A stretch of DNA of 63,984 bases, filler included, from Reticulomyxa filosa (taxonomy: Eukaryota; Protista; Foraminifera): the NCBI GenBank assembly GCA_000512085.1. It is 20 parts of 20 records of this genome, joined end to end, with 100 filler letters (N's around TTAATTAATTAA, not from the genome) between each part and the next. Parts side by side here need not be neighbours in the genome. Positions count along the whole stretch, not along the records: positions 42,887 to 57,481 come from ASPP01022789.1; positions 57,582 to 59,127 come from ASPP01005916.1; positions 59,228 to 61,827 come from ASPP01014484.1; 17 more parts are not named here. One strand, 5' to 3'. The notes beneath the pieces are model-generated. The model saw nothing but the letters and a program-made list of their open reading frames with translations, was not told the DNA's origin and ran no database searches. Numbering within the stretch: position 1 is the stretch's first letter; every line of letters starts with the position of its first letter. The translations under genes were made by a program, and so were the position numbers. Shown here piece after piece: positions 48,069-61,927 of the stretch.

Positions 48069-49701
48069 ATGGATGAAAGCATAAGTGATTCCGCACAAAA
48101 TGAAAAAAAAAAAAATAGTAATCGATGGAAGAGCTTCGCTGTAGTAAGTGGTGCTGTAACAATTATAGGACTTAGTGTCGGACTGTATTATTACTTGGCA
48201 AAAGACAAAAAAGACGATGAAGATAGTGCAAATGATGGATTTAATGACCAACAATTCCATACAAACAAAAATTTGCTGACCGTCGAACAATTCGGTCCTA
48301 TACTAGATACCACCAAAAGTATATTCGCAAACCGCAACGAAAACAAACACACGACTATGACGGCTACGCTCCCGACGATTCAGAGCCAACAGAGGAAAAT
48401 TCTGACACTCCTATCAGAAACCTCGAGCGCAGCATGGTAAGTTTGCTTAGAAACGAGAGAAAAAAGTACATCGAATTTTCAATGTCCTTTTTGTTAAAAC
48501 AATTTTGTATTTGTTTAAAAAAAATGGCATTTGTTTGTTTTTTCAATGCAACTCGTTCTGATAGAGCTGGCAACAAAAGGACTTCAGAAAGGACAGCCAT
48601 AAACGAAAGTTTAAAAATATTTTTTTTTTTCAAATAAAAAGTGTGTGATATCAATCATTTAATTCTCAATTGTTATGACAAAAAAAAAAACAATGAAAAT
48701 ATATCGCCTATCGTTTACATAAATATACGAACAAAAAAAGAAATGTATATAAAAAGCGACGGCCATCTATTGCATCACTTTCAGGAGGAAACGTAAAAAG
48801 CACGAATCAAAAGACTCTATTTGACCATGTAAGAGCGGAGATGTGGCCAATCAGCCCGAAAAGTGCACCTATGCAAGAGCCAAGTGTGCAGCAACAGTAC
48901 TATCCTGATGTGTATACGTCCCAGTACGACGACACAACCACAATGATGCTCAGCCCTAACAATAGTCAAGGCTACGTACAGGTTTGTGGAGCTCTACGAA
49001 TAGATAAATTGATGGGATCAAATATAATCTATTTAAAAACAAAAAAATTGAAATACATACAAAAGTCTTCGTTTGATCCCCGTACTGTTAAGAGTCACCC
49101 TTTGAATCCAATGCCGATGTATTCTACCTATGGCTTCAATCCAACTCCGGCGACGCAGGGCCCGATATTAGTATTCACCTCGCACGTACCGGCGGTTGGA
49201 ATGCTAGGCTCTGCCGGCAATCCAAACTTGCATTCACTTCCAATCAATGTTATGAATCGGCCCGATCACTCTCAGCCGCCGTTAAGAAACTTGGTGAGAG
49301 AAGGGTCTGTGTCCAACTGGACGATGAATGACCTCGAACGGAACATCAAAGATATAGAGACACATCGACGTACTTTACACGACCAACAAATTCATTACAG
49401 CGACAGCGCGGCTGAAAGTGAACCCTCAATGGACTTCACCGAGGCCAACGACATCTCACACTCCATGCCCTCCAAAAAACTCAAGCACAATTCAAATCTT
49501 GAGTTTTCTGTCATCGTCGAAGAAGACCAGACCTCTGATACCGATGTTAAAAACTTAAATGTCAAACAAAACACTTCCGATCATGACGAAAATATTAAAG
49601 ACTCAAACGTCAAACAAAACACTTCCGATCACAATGGAAAATCTGCTTCTCCAACTCGCAATAATCCCAGTACTGACCAAGTTAGTAGCTCCAACAGTTA
49701 A
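48069..49701 (+). CDS. Hypothetical protein with an N-terminal TM anchor and disordered tail (3 exons)
   Basis: TM FAVVSGAVTIIGLSVGLYYYL; introns start at about 48437 and 48982; 48-bp tandem duplication at 49546-49641. Confidence 0.6.
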
Positions 49702-50287
49702 TTCAGAGTCACTAAATGTCGTTTTTCTGGCACTCGTAAATATAACACACACAAATAATTTAATGAGATAGCTTCAATAAGGACTTAAGCAATGTTTCCT
49801 CGATTGCCTATCGTTCTTTTTTTTGTAAAACATTCAACGAGGTTATTGTTTACTCACTTTTATACACAGATAACATTCTTATATTATTTTGAGCTGATAC
49901 ACTGCTTTTTTTTTAACGTTGCCAATGCACACTATACACAAAAAAAAAGGCTTTTGCTGTGTTCGCCTTTAAAATTATGTTTGCCTCCAAACAAAAAGAA
50001 GATTATTTATTTTAAGTTTTATCCAAAAAAAAAAAGGTCTTGCAACGGCAACGGTTTTAACTTTGAATATTGAATAAACTTGATGAATACCCACAAAGCA
50101 ACAAATCCCAAAAATTAAAATAAAGAGTATTTGTCTTGAATCAACTTTAATATGAAAAGTGAAAACAAAAATATTGATTTTAGAGAAAGAAAAAGGATGT
50201 GGAGGATATATCATTATTTTCTTTCAATATTTACCCTCTTCATAACTTTTAATATTTTGAATTTGGCCTTGTGCACTGTTTGTGACC

Positions 50288-53200
50288 ATGGCATTTGAAA
50301 TGAATGAAGAAGACAAACTCTATGATGAGGTTAGCTAAAAATGAAGTTGTTTTGTTGTTTGGCGTTAACACGGACACGAATTGCAATTTGTCATCGCAAA
50401 AAAAAAAAACAAAAGTTTGGGAACTACATCGGACCAAGCCTGGGAGACACGATGCAGGTAGATGGCGACAGTGAAGTAGAAGACAACGAGGCAGAGAGTG
50501 ACTGGGACAATTTGGTGTCACCCGCGCAATCGAAAGAGAGCAGAACACCGACACAGTTGCAGGACCAAGACGACATGAAAAAAGCGGTGGTCCAAGTCAA
50601 CGACGAGACAAAACAAGTGTCGACAAAACAAGGAGAAACATGGGGAAGTGTGGTGCTTCACGAAGACAAGGAATACTACGAAACAGCTCAGGAAAGATAT
50701 CCCGGTGTTGAGACAGTAGTACACGAAGAAGACACACAACCATTGGAGCAGCCCATCATTGCTCCCATCAAACACAAATGCTTTCAACTGATTGAAACGT
50801 CTCTCCCAAAGACAACATTCAGTTACAAATTTTTGGCAGGATTGATGGACATGCCTGCATTGATTCGTAACGTGGCTTTGGTCGGGTATGTTTTTTTTTT
50901 TGTACACAAACACACCAAAAAAAAAAAAAAACCAACGCAAAATCGCATGCTTGTAGTTGTTTGAAGATTTGTGGCATTTTGAAAATAAGACATATACAAT
51001 TGTGTTGTGTGTTTGGATTTCATTTCCAAAAAAAAAATAAAAAATAAAAATGCGACAACAAGTATAGACATCTTCACCATGGGAAAACCTCGTTTATGGA
51101 TTTGCTGGTGAAAGAGACACATGCGAAGGAGTGGCGAATGGACAAAGAAATCCGGTACACGGATATTCGCAGGGACGAACAATCTCGTGGGCTGTCGATA
51201 AAATGCGCGCCAATGTCATTAGTGTTGGGAGATTTGAGAGACAAGCACTACTTGCTGAATATAATGGACACGCCGGGACACGTAAACTTTAGTGACGAGT
51301 TGAGTGCAGCGCTGCGTCTTTGTGACGGCATCGTATTGGTGGTGGACTGTGCGGAGGGTGTGTTGATGAATACAAAGCGATGCATCGAGCAAGCAGCAAT
51401 GGCAAAAATGCCAGTTGTGTTGGTATTGAATAAGGTGGATCGATTGATAATCGAATTGAAACTTCCGGCGAGAGACTGTTATTTGAAATTGGTACACACA
51501 ATCGCCGAAGTAAACAATATACTGTCGATGAATCAAATGGGCACAGTTTCGCCCACTCGTGGCAACGTTGTGTTCAGCAGTGCTTTGTTCCAATGGTCCT
51601 TTACACTGCCATCGTTTACACAAATGTACAAAGCACGAATGCCTCGCAACAGCAAGATGATATTCGACAGCGATGCCTTTTGTCAAAAACTTTGGGGGGA
51701 CTACTACATGCACACCGATAAGAGGATCCGAAACAAACCGGAAACAGACAAGTCGAAACGCACTTTTGTGCAATTTGTGCTGGAGCCGTTGTATAAGATT
51801 TATGCACATGTGTTGGGAAATGACAGCAACCAATTGGGGCCTCTTTTGTCCGAACTCGGCATCAAACTTCGACAACGAGAACTGAAGTTCGATCCCAAGC
51901 CCTTGCTCACGGTCATTTTGTCACGCTTCTTTTCTCACTCGCGAGGGTTCACACAGGCGGTGATTGATCAAATCCCCTCTCCTGTCGAAGGTAATGCGCA
52001 CAAAGTGACAACCAATTACACGGGCGATTTGAGCACGGAGCTCGGAGAAGGCATGCTCCGCTGCGACCCCAAAGCGCCACTCATGATCAATGTGACCAAA
52101 ATGTTTCCGAGACCTGACGCCAGCGCCTTTGATGCCTTTGGGCGTGTCTTTAGTGGGACGGTCCGCGTTGGTGACAAAGTACGAGTGCTTCGTGAAGGCT
52201 ACACGTGCGAGGATAAGGAAGACATGTCGGAGTTGATAGTCGAAAAGATATGGGTTTATCAAGGTCGATATCGGGTGGAGATCAATCGTGTCACTGCTGG
52301 CAATTGGGCTTTGTTTGGAGGGATTGGCAGTGGCATTTCGAAAACAGCAACAGTCGCGCATTGCGATGAAAAAAGTTTGCTCGCGAGCATATTTTCACCT
52401 TTGAAATTCAACACCATTTCCGTTGTCAAGGTCGCCATCGAGCCGATCAAGCCGAGTGAGTTGCCAAAAATGACACATGGTCTGCGATGCGTGAATCAAT
52501 CGTATCCACTTTGCACCACCAAAGTGGAAGAGTCTGGAGAGCATGTCATCATTGGCACAGGAGAACTGTATATGGACTGCGTGCTGCACGATCTGAGGGA
52601 AATGTTTAGTGAGATCGAAGTAAAGGTTGCAGATCCCGTGGTATCGTTTTGCGAAACCGTGGAAGAAATGAGCTCCATGCAGTGCTTTGCACTTACTCAA
52701 AATAAAAAAAACAGACTGACAATGGTATGCGAACCATTGGACAAAACGATTTGTCGTGCCATCGAATCCAACCAAGTAAATATTGACATGCCGCCCAAAC
52801 AAATTGGACAATTTTTTGAAACTAATTTTGGGTGGGACGAATTAGCAGGTAGACATATATGGGCCTTTGGTCCGGATAAAAATGGACCCAATATTCTGCA
52901 AGATGATACCTTACCTGGCGAAGTCGACAAAAACGCTCTCAACAGCATTCGTCGGGGCTTAATCCAGGGCTTTCAATGGGGTACTCGCGAAGGGCCACTT
53001 TGTGATGAACCCATGCGTGGATGCAAATTCAAACTCGTTCATTGTGTCATGGCTGACAATGTGATTGATCGCATTGGTGGACAAATCATTCCAACCACAC
53101 GTCGAGTACTGTACTCTTCGTTTATGTTGGCTTCTCCCAAATTAATGGAACCAATATTCTTTGTCGAAATGATGTGTCCTCCTGATTGCGTGAAGGCCGT

Positions 53201-53569
53201 CGAAGATGTCGTCAATCATCGCAGAGGTCGTCTTTTGAAAGAAATGCCCAAACCGGGTACTCCTTTTGTTGTTTTAAATGCGAAATTCCTGCCATTGATT
53301 CATTTGGATTTGAAACGGATTTGAGAAGTCATACTCACGGACAGGCCTTTGGCTTGCAGGTATTCAGTCGTTGGGAATTCGTTCCAGGGGATCCAATGGA
53401 TGAGACAATTCAATTGACTCCGCTGGAACCTCAACCAACTCAAGCTTTGGCAAGAGAATTCATGGTTAAAACGAGGAAGCGAAAAGGCTTAACTGAATCT
53501 GTTACTTATCACAAATTCTTTGATGACGAAATGTATCATGCTTTTGCGCAGTTTTATGACGAAACTTAA
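50288..53569 (+). CDS. EFTUD2: U5 snRNP 116-kDa GTPase Snu114
   Basis: LYDE|[53 protein letters not shown]; one missing A at about 53277 (probable homopolymer error). Confidence 0.97.
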
Positions 53570-54282
53570 AGAATTTTGATCCATTATTTACTTTATCAAA
53601 TAAAGTCTACTTGAAGATAGCTGAAGAGGGAAAAACAAATACGCTTTCGTGCCATGAACAATTTTATTTGTTAGCATTTCGATCCTTTCTTGTACCCTTT
53701 TTTCAACAAAGATATCCATTCTTTTATACCAAGGATGTTCGATCTTCCTTGAAGTATTTTTAATAAACCATTTTTCGACTGACTCTAATCTTTGATCACT
53801 GATGTAAACATCTAAGTCGAATCTGCTTTAAATTGCAGCCTTATAATAATGACTGCATTGGTTTTTCACGTTAAATTATTCATTTTTTTTCCCTTGGTTT
53901 TCACAAAAGGATTAAAGACAACTCCAACACACAAACAAATCTAAAAAGCAAGTTGAGTCATGTCTAATATGGAAACGTACAAAAGAATAAAACTTCCTTT
54001 TGTTTGTTACAAATTTTTAGTGTTTACAGTAGTATTTATCCCTCGTACAGTCAAACAAAATCAAGTTTTAATAAAAATGTTGTCCTTGTGACCATATTGA
54101 TGGATCCAATTATATAATCCCAAATAGGAACTTCCTAAAAAGTTGTGGCTTCTTTCACAAAAGATCAGGTTTTAAGGATAAATACGTAACAAACCAAAGT
54201 TTTTTTGCAGCCCAAAGTACCAAGAGTTTTTTATTTTTTTGCATTTTATACTGTATTGGATCGTATTGCTGGAAAAGAAAAT

Positions 54283-55425
54283 ATGACAGAGCCAAAGATC
54301 ACAGACAGTTTATTGCGATCGAACCCATCGTCCAGAGAAGTGGAAGAAACAACGCCTTCTCATCAAAAGTTGGCAAGTGTAATTAAATTAACAAAACTTG
54401 TCGTCCCTTTTTTTTGTTTGATAGTGATTTTTTCGCTCTTCGCCTTAATTATTGGGCTTATTGTTTCCAGCTTACAAAGTTCATTGATTGTAGAAGTATT
54501 GATATGTGGATTTGCTGGTGGTTTGTTTGGTGCATGGGGAGTCTTCAAATGGGGGACTATTCAAGAGGAAATTGACCGACTTAAAGGCGAAAACCAAAAA
54601 TACGAAGGTATACAAACAAAGACAATACAAATAGTGATGATACTTGGGTGATATTTACGTTTTGTGTGAATATCTTGTAACATAAAATTTGGATAAGAAA
54701 GAATTTTTTCTCTCCTGAACCTAACTTCCCCCTTTTTTTTAAAAAAAGGCGAATTGATCCAATTGAGAGCAACAAAAGACCAACTTTCTGGAGAAGTGGC
54801 ACAAGTGCAATCGAGTGTAGATAATTTGAAAGGATCTGTAGACGAACTCAACGAACAATTGGGTGCTTTTGACGAATTAAGACAAGGACTTGAACAAATT
54901 GCTGGCACTAACGAGGTTATGTCTGTTTCAAAAAAGCACAAAAAAAAGTATTGAATAAGTAAACTACAACTTTTTATTGTCAATATCATAATTATTTCGT
55001 TCCCTGACAGGACATCGCGAGTGTGTTAGACAACACCACAAAAATCTTTCGAGATATGCGAACACTTGCGCTAGCAAATGAAAAGGCATCAATTTTGGCT
55101 ATTTACTATGAAGTTGCATTTCGAGATGATGAACCTGGTAATTGATTATTTCCACCCTTTGTTTTTTTCGTATTATTTTAATGAGTTGACTTAATTGGCT
55201 TTTCTTCAAAAAAACGTGACAGGTTTATCCAAACAAGAATATGAACGTTTCAAAGGACGCTTGTCTAAAAAACAGCGAGAAATGTTTGAGAGAATTGGCA
55301 GCTTCGAAAATTTGGCAGGTGGAGATAAGGTATTAGATTTGGTCGAATTTCAGGAAGTACTTGAAAAATTCTTGGCTGAAGTCGATGCAGAATTAGTGCA
55401 ATCAGGCTTCGAAGAGAATAAATAA
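54283..55425 (+). CDS. Two-TM hairpin + coiled-coil + EF-hand-like protein (4 exons)
   Basis: Bilobed hydrophobic segment; heptads LSGEVAQVQSSVDNLKGSVDELNEQL; degenerate EF loops DDEPGLSKQEY and GGDKVLDLVEF. Confidence 0.7.
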
Positions 55426-56173
55426 TTTTTCCATCATATTGAGGGGAAAGAGAATAAAACCCACAGCAATCAAATTTTTCCCTCTGTGAATTATTATCTT
55501 TTTTTTTGGTGTCCGTGGTTCTGTGGTTTCTTTGCAACTGTTTGCTTTTTCCCATTTGTTTGTAAGAGCCACCAAACAAGTGATTACATTTTACTCATTA
55601 ATAAACCACTGTTTATTTTGTCAACAATATTAATAAATATCACTTGCTCTCAATGCGAGCGACATCTCCGCAATTTGTTAATTTCCATTTAAAGATTCAA
55701 ATAATGGAGTGCTAAATGCTAATTACTATCTAATAATGCGTAGTGTGGCCGATATGTTTTTGTTAATGCAGTCACTCATTTTCTTCGGCCAATTTTCAGA
55801 ATACTTTATTTTGACAATCGCAATTTTACTTACATTATTCGAATTGTAATAAATAAATGTGTGTGAAGAAGATTGTTTGCTTTGTTTGCAAAAGAAAATT
55901 AAACACACAATTACATTAAGATTAACACAAAATAAAGAGTCGATAAAGATCCTAAAAAAAGGTGAAAATAGCAAATCGATCCAAATCGTTGGACATGCAG
56001 AGTTGTCGAAGATTCCAATATGGAGGAAAAAGATAGATCAAAAAAAGCGCAGCCAAGCAACGCAGAACAGTAGTCCAGAAAAAAAAAGGAGTTTCTACTA
56101 CATTAGAATTCTTAAAAACAAAAATTCTGTCGAAAAAATTATTAAATTTTTGAAACAATTATGAAAGATTTAA

Positions 56174-56304
56174 TAAAAAACCAGAATTATATTTAAAAAC
56201 TACACAGTTTGTACATATTTAAAAAAAGAATAGGTCTGAATGTTGTTTTCATGAAGAAAATCAATCATCTTTATAAAGTGTCAACTTTCTTTTGCATTTT
56301 GCTG
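56174..56304 (-). mobile_element. Diverged copy of the Tc1-like terminal repeat
   Basis: TATTTAAAAACTACAC..TAGGTCTGAATG..GAAAATCAATCATC..GCTG|TA. Confidence 0.65.
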
Positions 56305-56309
56305 TATAA

Positions 56310-57481
56310 GTCAGAGTGATAGACGAACTCAAATGGTTCAGCGATCGCGCCCCGATGCAGCAGCAACTAAGAGCATCAATAGGCTAGAAACAGAAAAAAG
56401 AAATTTTATTGGCCAAAACAGATCACAACAAAATGAAAGAAAAACATAAACATAATTACAATCAGTTCACAAAAACACAAACAAATTAAAAAGAAGAAGC
56501 AAAGCTGTCAAGGAACAAAGTTCGTTGTTGCAACTAGAATGTAAATTTAAACTGTTTCATTCAACTTAAACTTTTTGAACATATTTCAGGTTCCAATTGC
56601 AAAATTTGAAATTTTGTAAGAATTTTAACAAAGCTTTCAAACATGTTAGAAGTAAATAAATCTTTCGCTAATGGTATGCATGGTGAAATTGGTATTAACA
56701 TGATTAATGTCAGAAATCGCAATTATTCACAAAAAATCAATGTTATTTCTATCAAAACGGATAAATATTTGAATGAAAAGAGATTGCATTCGAGAATATG
56801 TGGGAGGTAAACAAGAAAGTGAGAAGGCAAATCTTAGGTGATGCAAATTGATCACTTTGACCAAAGCAAAATAACTTAATTCAGAGACTTCGGTAATTAA
56901 GTTCATTAGTTCAAAAAAATTACAAAGTATATTTTCTGGACAATATTCATTAACACAACAAAATCAATAACTTGTTGATAACTTCAACAATTTGCAAGTT
57001 GCAAAAAAAATTAAAAGGCCAAGGTGTAGTATCGAAAAACATACTTGGCTGAACAAGAGATAATGCATAGTGAAATGTAATTATTCGAATATTTCACTTC
57101 ACGAGAAAATCAAAGAGATATTAGAATGATATGGATGTCAAATTCAAGACATTAGAGACTCAATAAAATGCAAATGGTAAGAGCATTAATGTTGAAATCT
57201 AAAGATGTTGTCAAAATACTGCAAGACAAGGAACTTCAGATCGGATATTCAATAGTGAAAGTGAATTTTTCGATGAAGAATGATGACTAAAAACATATTA
57301 ATATTTCTGGAATATAGCTTTTGCACTGGGAGGGCGTGAAGGTGTCAGACTACTCCTTGCGTCGTCATTCACTCATCACTGTTTTTAGCCCTTTCATCAT
57401 CCACAAAGTGCAAATAAAAGCAAGTTGAAAAAGCACATGGTCCAAAATAGGACATGGCGCTAAATAAAACAAAAGAAAAAT
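56310..57481 (+). pseudogene. Heavily decayed retroelement-like sequence
   Basis: 57322-57360 (TGCACTGGGAGGGCGTGAAGGTGTCAGACTACTC) resembles the reverse complement of 25763-25795 in the RNase H relic. Confidence 0.35.
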
Positions 57482-57954
57482 NNNNNNNNNNNNNNNNNNN
57501 NNNNNNNNNNNNNNNNNNNNNNNNNTTAATTAATTAANNNNNNNNNNNNNNNNNNNNNNNNNNNNNNNNNNNNNNNNNNNNTCATTAGTGCTACTACGCG
57601 TTTCATTAAATTGTTTTTTTTTTTGCGGTTGCGATTTTTGAGCTGTTTGTCCATACATGACCAACCACGTGGCTGCCACCCTCTTGTTTTTTGTTTGCTT
57701 GTCTTTTTTTTAAGCTTATTTTACTTTTATTTTGTTATGTGTTGATTTCATTTGATTCAAATGATTTGTTTCTTCCTTCTTGCTCTAATCATGTTGTCTT
57801 TTTTTTTTTTTTTTCCTATATCTTTTTTAATTTTTCGGACTTTGAAATGATATTACGTGTGTATACGTACAATTGAAGAGGGAGACATATATCAGAGATG
57901 TTGTTATATTAACAATGTATTATAATTAAAAAAAAAAAAAAAAGGGACAAATAT

Positions 57955-58580
57955 TTGAAGTTTACGAATTCGTGGATTCACAAGTATTACCGCGGAGACG
58001 AAGATGACGTCGTGGGTTTGAGTGGATGGCACAAGCCATTGTGTGAGGAGATGTTCTACCGTCTGTATGACAACAGCTGTGGAGACACAAGTTTGGTGGA
58101 AGCACTGCAATTGTGGTGTTTTGCGCACGTATACCAATTTGGCAATAAGCGAATTGGATTGAAGTATGAGAGACGCTTGCAATTGGAGATACTGACACCA
58201 ATTCAAAAAGTGGATAATAATAACAATAATAATAATAATAATAATAATGGAAGTACTCCTCGTGCAAGTAACAATAACAGTAACAATAACCGACCGCTTC
58301 GATCAATATTAAAAAAGCCACTTTTAGTAGCGCAAGAGGGAGACAAGCTAGTGACCATAATGCCAAGGAAAAAAATAAAAAATTGGGTGAAATGGGCCGA
58401 CAATGAAAACAAGCCCAACTTCGTTCAGGTGCAAACTATTCCTAAAATTGGGACTTTGAAACTTTGTCGAGATGCCAAAGAGTCCAAGCCATTGTATACC
58501 GAGGTGGACATGTTACGATATGCTTTTTATTTGCGTCAAAAAGCAAGTTTTGAAGCATTGCATACATAATACATATATAC

Positions 58581-58617
<37 letters not shown>

Positions 58618-59127
58618 TATGTATTTATGCATAAGTGCATGTACAAAGAATGCAATATTTTAATATTTTATAAAAAAAAAAAAAAAAAGAATTGCAAAGA
58701 AATGCGTCGAAGCGAAGAAAAATACTTGACGGAACAAATGAATTACTTGAAAATAATGGATGAAAAAAAAAAAAAAATCCAAGACAACGGCGCCCTGAAA
58801 AAAGGGACTTTGGGTGGCAATAGCTCGTCAAGTGCAAAGATCTCACCTCATTCGGCCGGCAACTCGCAACAACGACGTGATGAAGACGCCAAGGATGATT
58901 GTGACGATATCCAAATCGATGAAGAATTCGAAAATGAATTGCAAGAGTTTGGGTATACGTTCAAGCAAAGACGCAAACGCGACAAGAAGGATGAAGAGTC
59001 CGAAGAAGTTGAGGTGGAGGAAGTCGACGAAGAGGAGTTGGAAGAAATCGGAGAGGAAAGAGAAGAAGAAGGAGATGGGGAGGAGGTGGAAGAGGAAGAG
59101 GAAGAAGAAGAAGAAGAAGAAGAAGAA
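57955..59127 (+). CDS. Hypothetical protein with SILK and RVxF-like motifs, poly-N and an acidic tract (partial)
   Basis: RSILKKP, KNWVKWAD, poly-E; intron with (TA)n and an A-run before the acceptor. Confidence 0.6.
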
Positions 59128-59596
59128 NNNNNNNNNNNNNNNNNNNNNNNNNNNNNNNNNNNNNNNNNNNNTTAATTAATTAANNNNNNNNNNNNNNNNN
59201 NNNNNNNNNNNNNNNNNNNNNNNNNNNAGTAACAACAATAATGTGGAGTAGATAAATTGGTCCCTTTTTTTATTAAATCATATGTAATCAAAAAAATCTT
59301 TAAAACTCTAAAAAAAGGGTACTAAAATCATACTTCAAGTTGATCAGACAAACAATGAATTTGTTGATCTTTCATTGCAACATTTGGAATGAAATATTTT
59401 CATTATTGTTTTATTTGATTTTGGAATCAAGGAAATACTTCCTTTTGTAATAAATTAATTTTTTTTTTATGATTGGGGGAAATGTATCTTGTTTTTTGTC
59501 CTTTTTTCTATTAGTATTGATATTTTTTGGTGGAATTGATGGAAAGTAGCAAAAAAAAATTTCTTAAATTCACTCAAGAGGAATCAATCAACAACA

Positions 59597-60980
59597 CTAT
59601 CCCCAAATATGAATAAGACCACCCAATGAACCATAACATAAATTAATATCACAACCAATATTACGATTGTCTGTACTTTTCTTTTTCTTCGTTTTCAATG
59701 GGATAAATTTAAGAGCTCTAATTCCAGCATCTTTTTTATCTCCTTTAATTAAATATAATTCCTTTTTACTTGATCGAATATCCCAAAAACGAATTATGTT
59801 ATCAGTTGATCCAGAACATATTACATTTGAATTATCGCCAATTTCGATATTATTTACTACAAATGGTGAATATTCAACTGAATACACATGACTTTGATGT
59901 TTGGTGAATACCTGAATTTGTTTACCAGAACGAATATCCCACAAACGAACACTTTTATCCCCTGACCCAGATAATATTGTATTTGCCCATTAATCATTCC
60001 TAGTTCATTTGATCCATACCTTATACACCATACTGAATATATATGTCCTTTTAATGTAATCAATATTTTTGTTGTTTCAATATCCCATATTCGAATTGTA
60101 TTATCACACGATCCAGAGCAAATTGTATATCCATTTCCACCAATCACACCAATACTATTGCTATTGTTGTTATTGCTTTGCATTGGTGAAATATCTACAC
60201 ATTCAACACCATACTCATGTCCATTGAAAACATGTAATGATTTGGATGTTTCAATATCCCATAAACAAACAGTGTTATCATCAGATCCAGAACACAAATA
60301 TCTACCACCATTAAATGATGAAAATTCAATTCCATTAACACCACCAGTATGTCCATTGTACATTTGCATTTGTTGGCTATTTTTGAAATCCCAAAAACGA
60401 ATAGTTTTGTCACGTGATGCAGAACAAATGACAGTACGACGATTGTTATGATAATGATATTGTGAAAATTTTACACAATACACATATTCTGAATGTTCAT
60501 TGAACGATTTAATTTGTTTGCCATCATTTACATCCCATAAACGAACTGTTTTATCATCTGATCCAGAGCAAATGGATTGACAACCATTGAATGTCGAATA
60601 GTCAATACTATTCACCCAATCTGTGTGTCCAATAAATGTCTTGATTAATTTAGATGACGAACTAAATGTGTCAAGCATGAAGAAGGTAGTTGCCTGTATA
60701 ATAAATATATTGATTAAGTTTAAATTTTTTTGTTTTCATTTGAAAGAAAAACATAACATAATCGACAACTAGCTTGTCAAAATTATTGATCCATCCTAAT
60801 TTAATATTTGATATTCGAATCCAATGCTGAATGATGATTTGAATATCTTCTTCTTTGAACTGTTTTAATCACAAAACCGCGTCAAACAAAAATCAAAAAC
60901 AATTAACTTTTTGAAAGATTGAAATGAGATTACCAACGCTTGTTGCATTGAACTCCTTTTGCTTCTCTATTGAGATCTTC
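59597..60980 (-). CDS. WD40-repeat protein of the expanded family
   Basis: Seven GH..WD repeats; exon with IIIQHWIRISNIKLGWINNFDKLV; one frameshift in a G-run at about 59985; start not resolved. Confidence 0.85.
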
Positions 60981-61927
60981 TCAGATGATATAAGAAAAAA
61001 AATGCTTTTTTTTTTTTCTCAAGTTCAATGAAGGGGCTGTCAAAAATACTTTGATGATACAACTTAACAGTGTCTGTGGGATTTTTATAATGAGTTTTTT
61101 AAGGTATTTATTTAAATGAGAAAGTTGAATTGATGTTCCCTATTTCAACATATAATATTAAAAATAATGTTAGTGTTAGAAGTGAGTGATTTGAAATAAC
61201 AAAAGAAAAAAGATTAAAACTTTTTTACTCGAAGAATGTTACAACAAAGACCGATTTTATCTCTACTAATAAATTGAAACATTACAAAACTTTCAAGGAA
61301 TAGTACTGATTGAAGTAGCTTGTCTACAATTAAATTTGAAACAAATACTCTTTTATTTCTTTATTTTTTGCAAAAGTGATTGGAATATATTATGTTAATT
61401 ATCAAAAAAATTTACTTATTTAATCATTCAAAATTTTTGTTAAAAACGAACTTTTAATTGTAAAAACTTAAGACTAAAAATCACATTATCGTTTTTGCTT
61501 CTACTCTTGTCACTCCTACTCCCACTTCCTCTTTCCTTATCCTTTTTTTTTTCTTCTTGACTTTGAATTCGACTTGGACTTGCGCTTTGATATTGCTTTC
61601 GATTGCAATCGTGACTTGGACTTGGACTTCTGGTGGTGATATTAACGTGTTTGATTTCAATGAACTGTTGTCTGAATTAAGGGCACTGGAAAAAAAGAGT
61701 TTTATTTGTGGTTAGAGGTAGCAGAAATTTTTCATGACCAATTTGTAGAAAAGTAAAGCAGTAACGAGAAATTATCGAATTATATCTTCGACATTTGACA
61801 TATTTTCTAGAGTGATGACCATTTTTANNNNNNNNNNNNNNNNNNNNNNNNNNNNNNNNNNNNNNNNNNNNTTAATTAATTAANNNNNNNNNNNNNNNNN
61901 NNNNNNNNNNNNNNNNNNNNNNNNNNN

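Noticed and set aside
53270-53290. Programmed frameshift or pseudogenisation of Snu114
   Set aside because: Adding one A to an A-run restores [19 protein letters not shown]; similar single-base homopolymer losses at about 7600, 8740, 32395 and 59985 indicate sequencing error
974-53569. Spliceosomal cluster of U2, U5 and Snu114
   Set aside because: The three genes are on different, unlinked contigs
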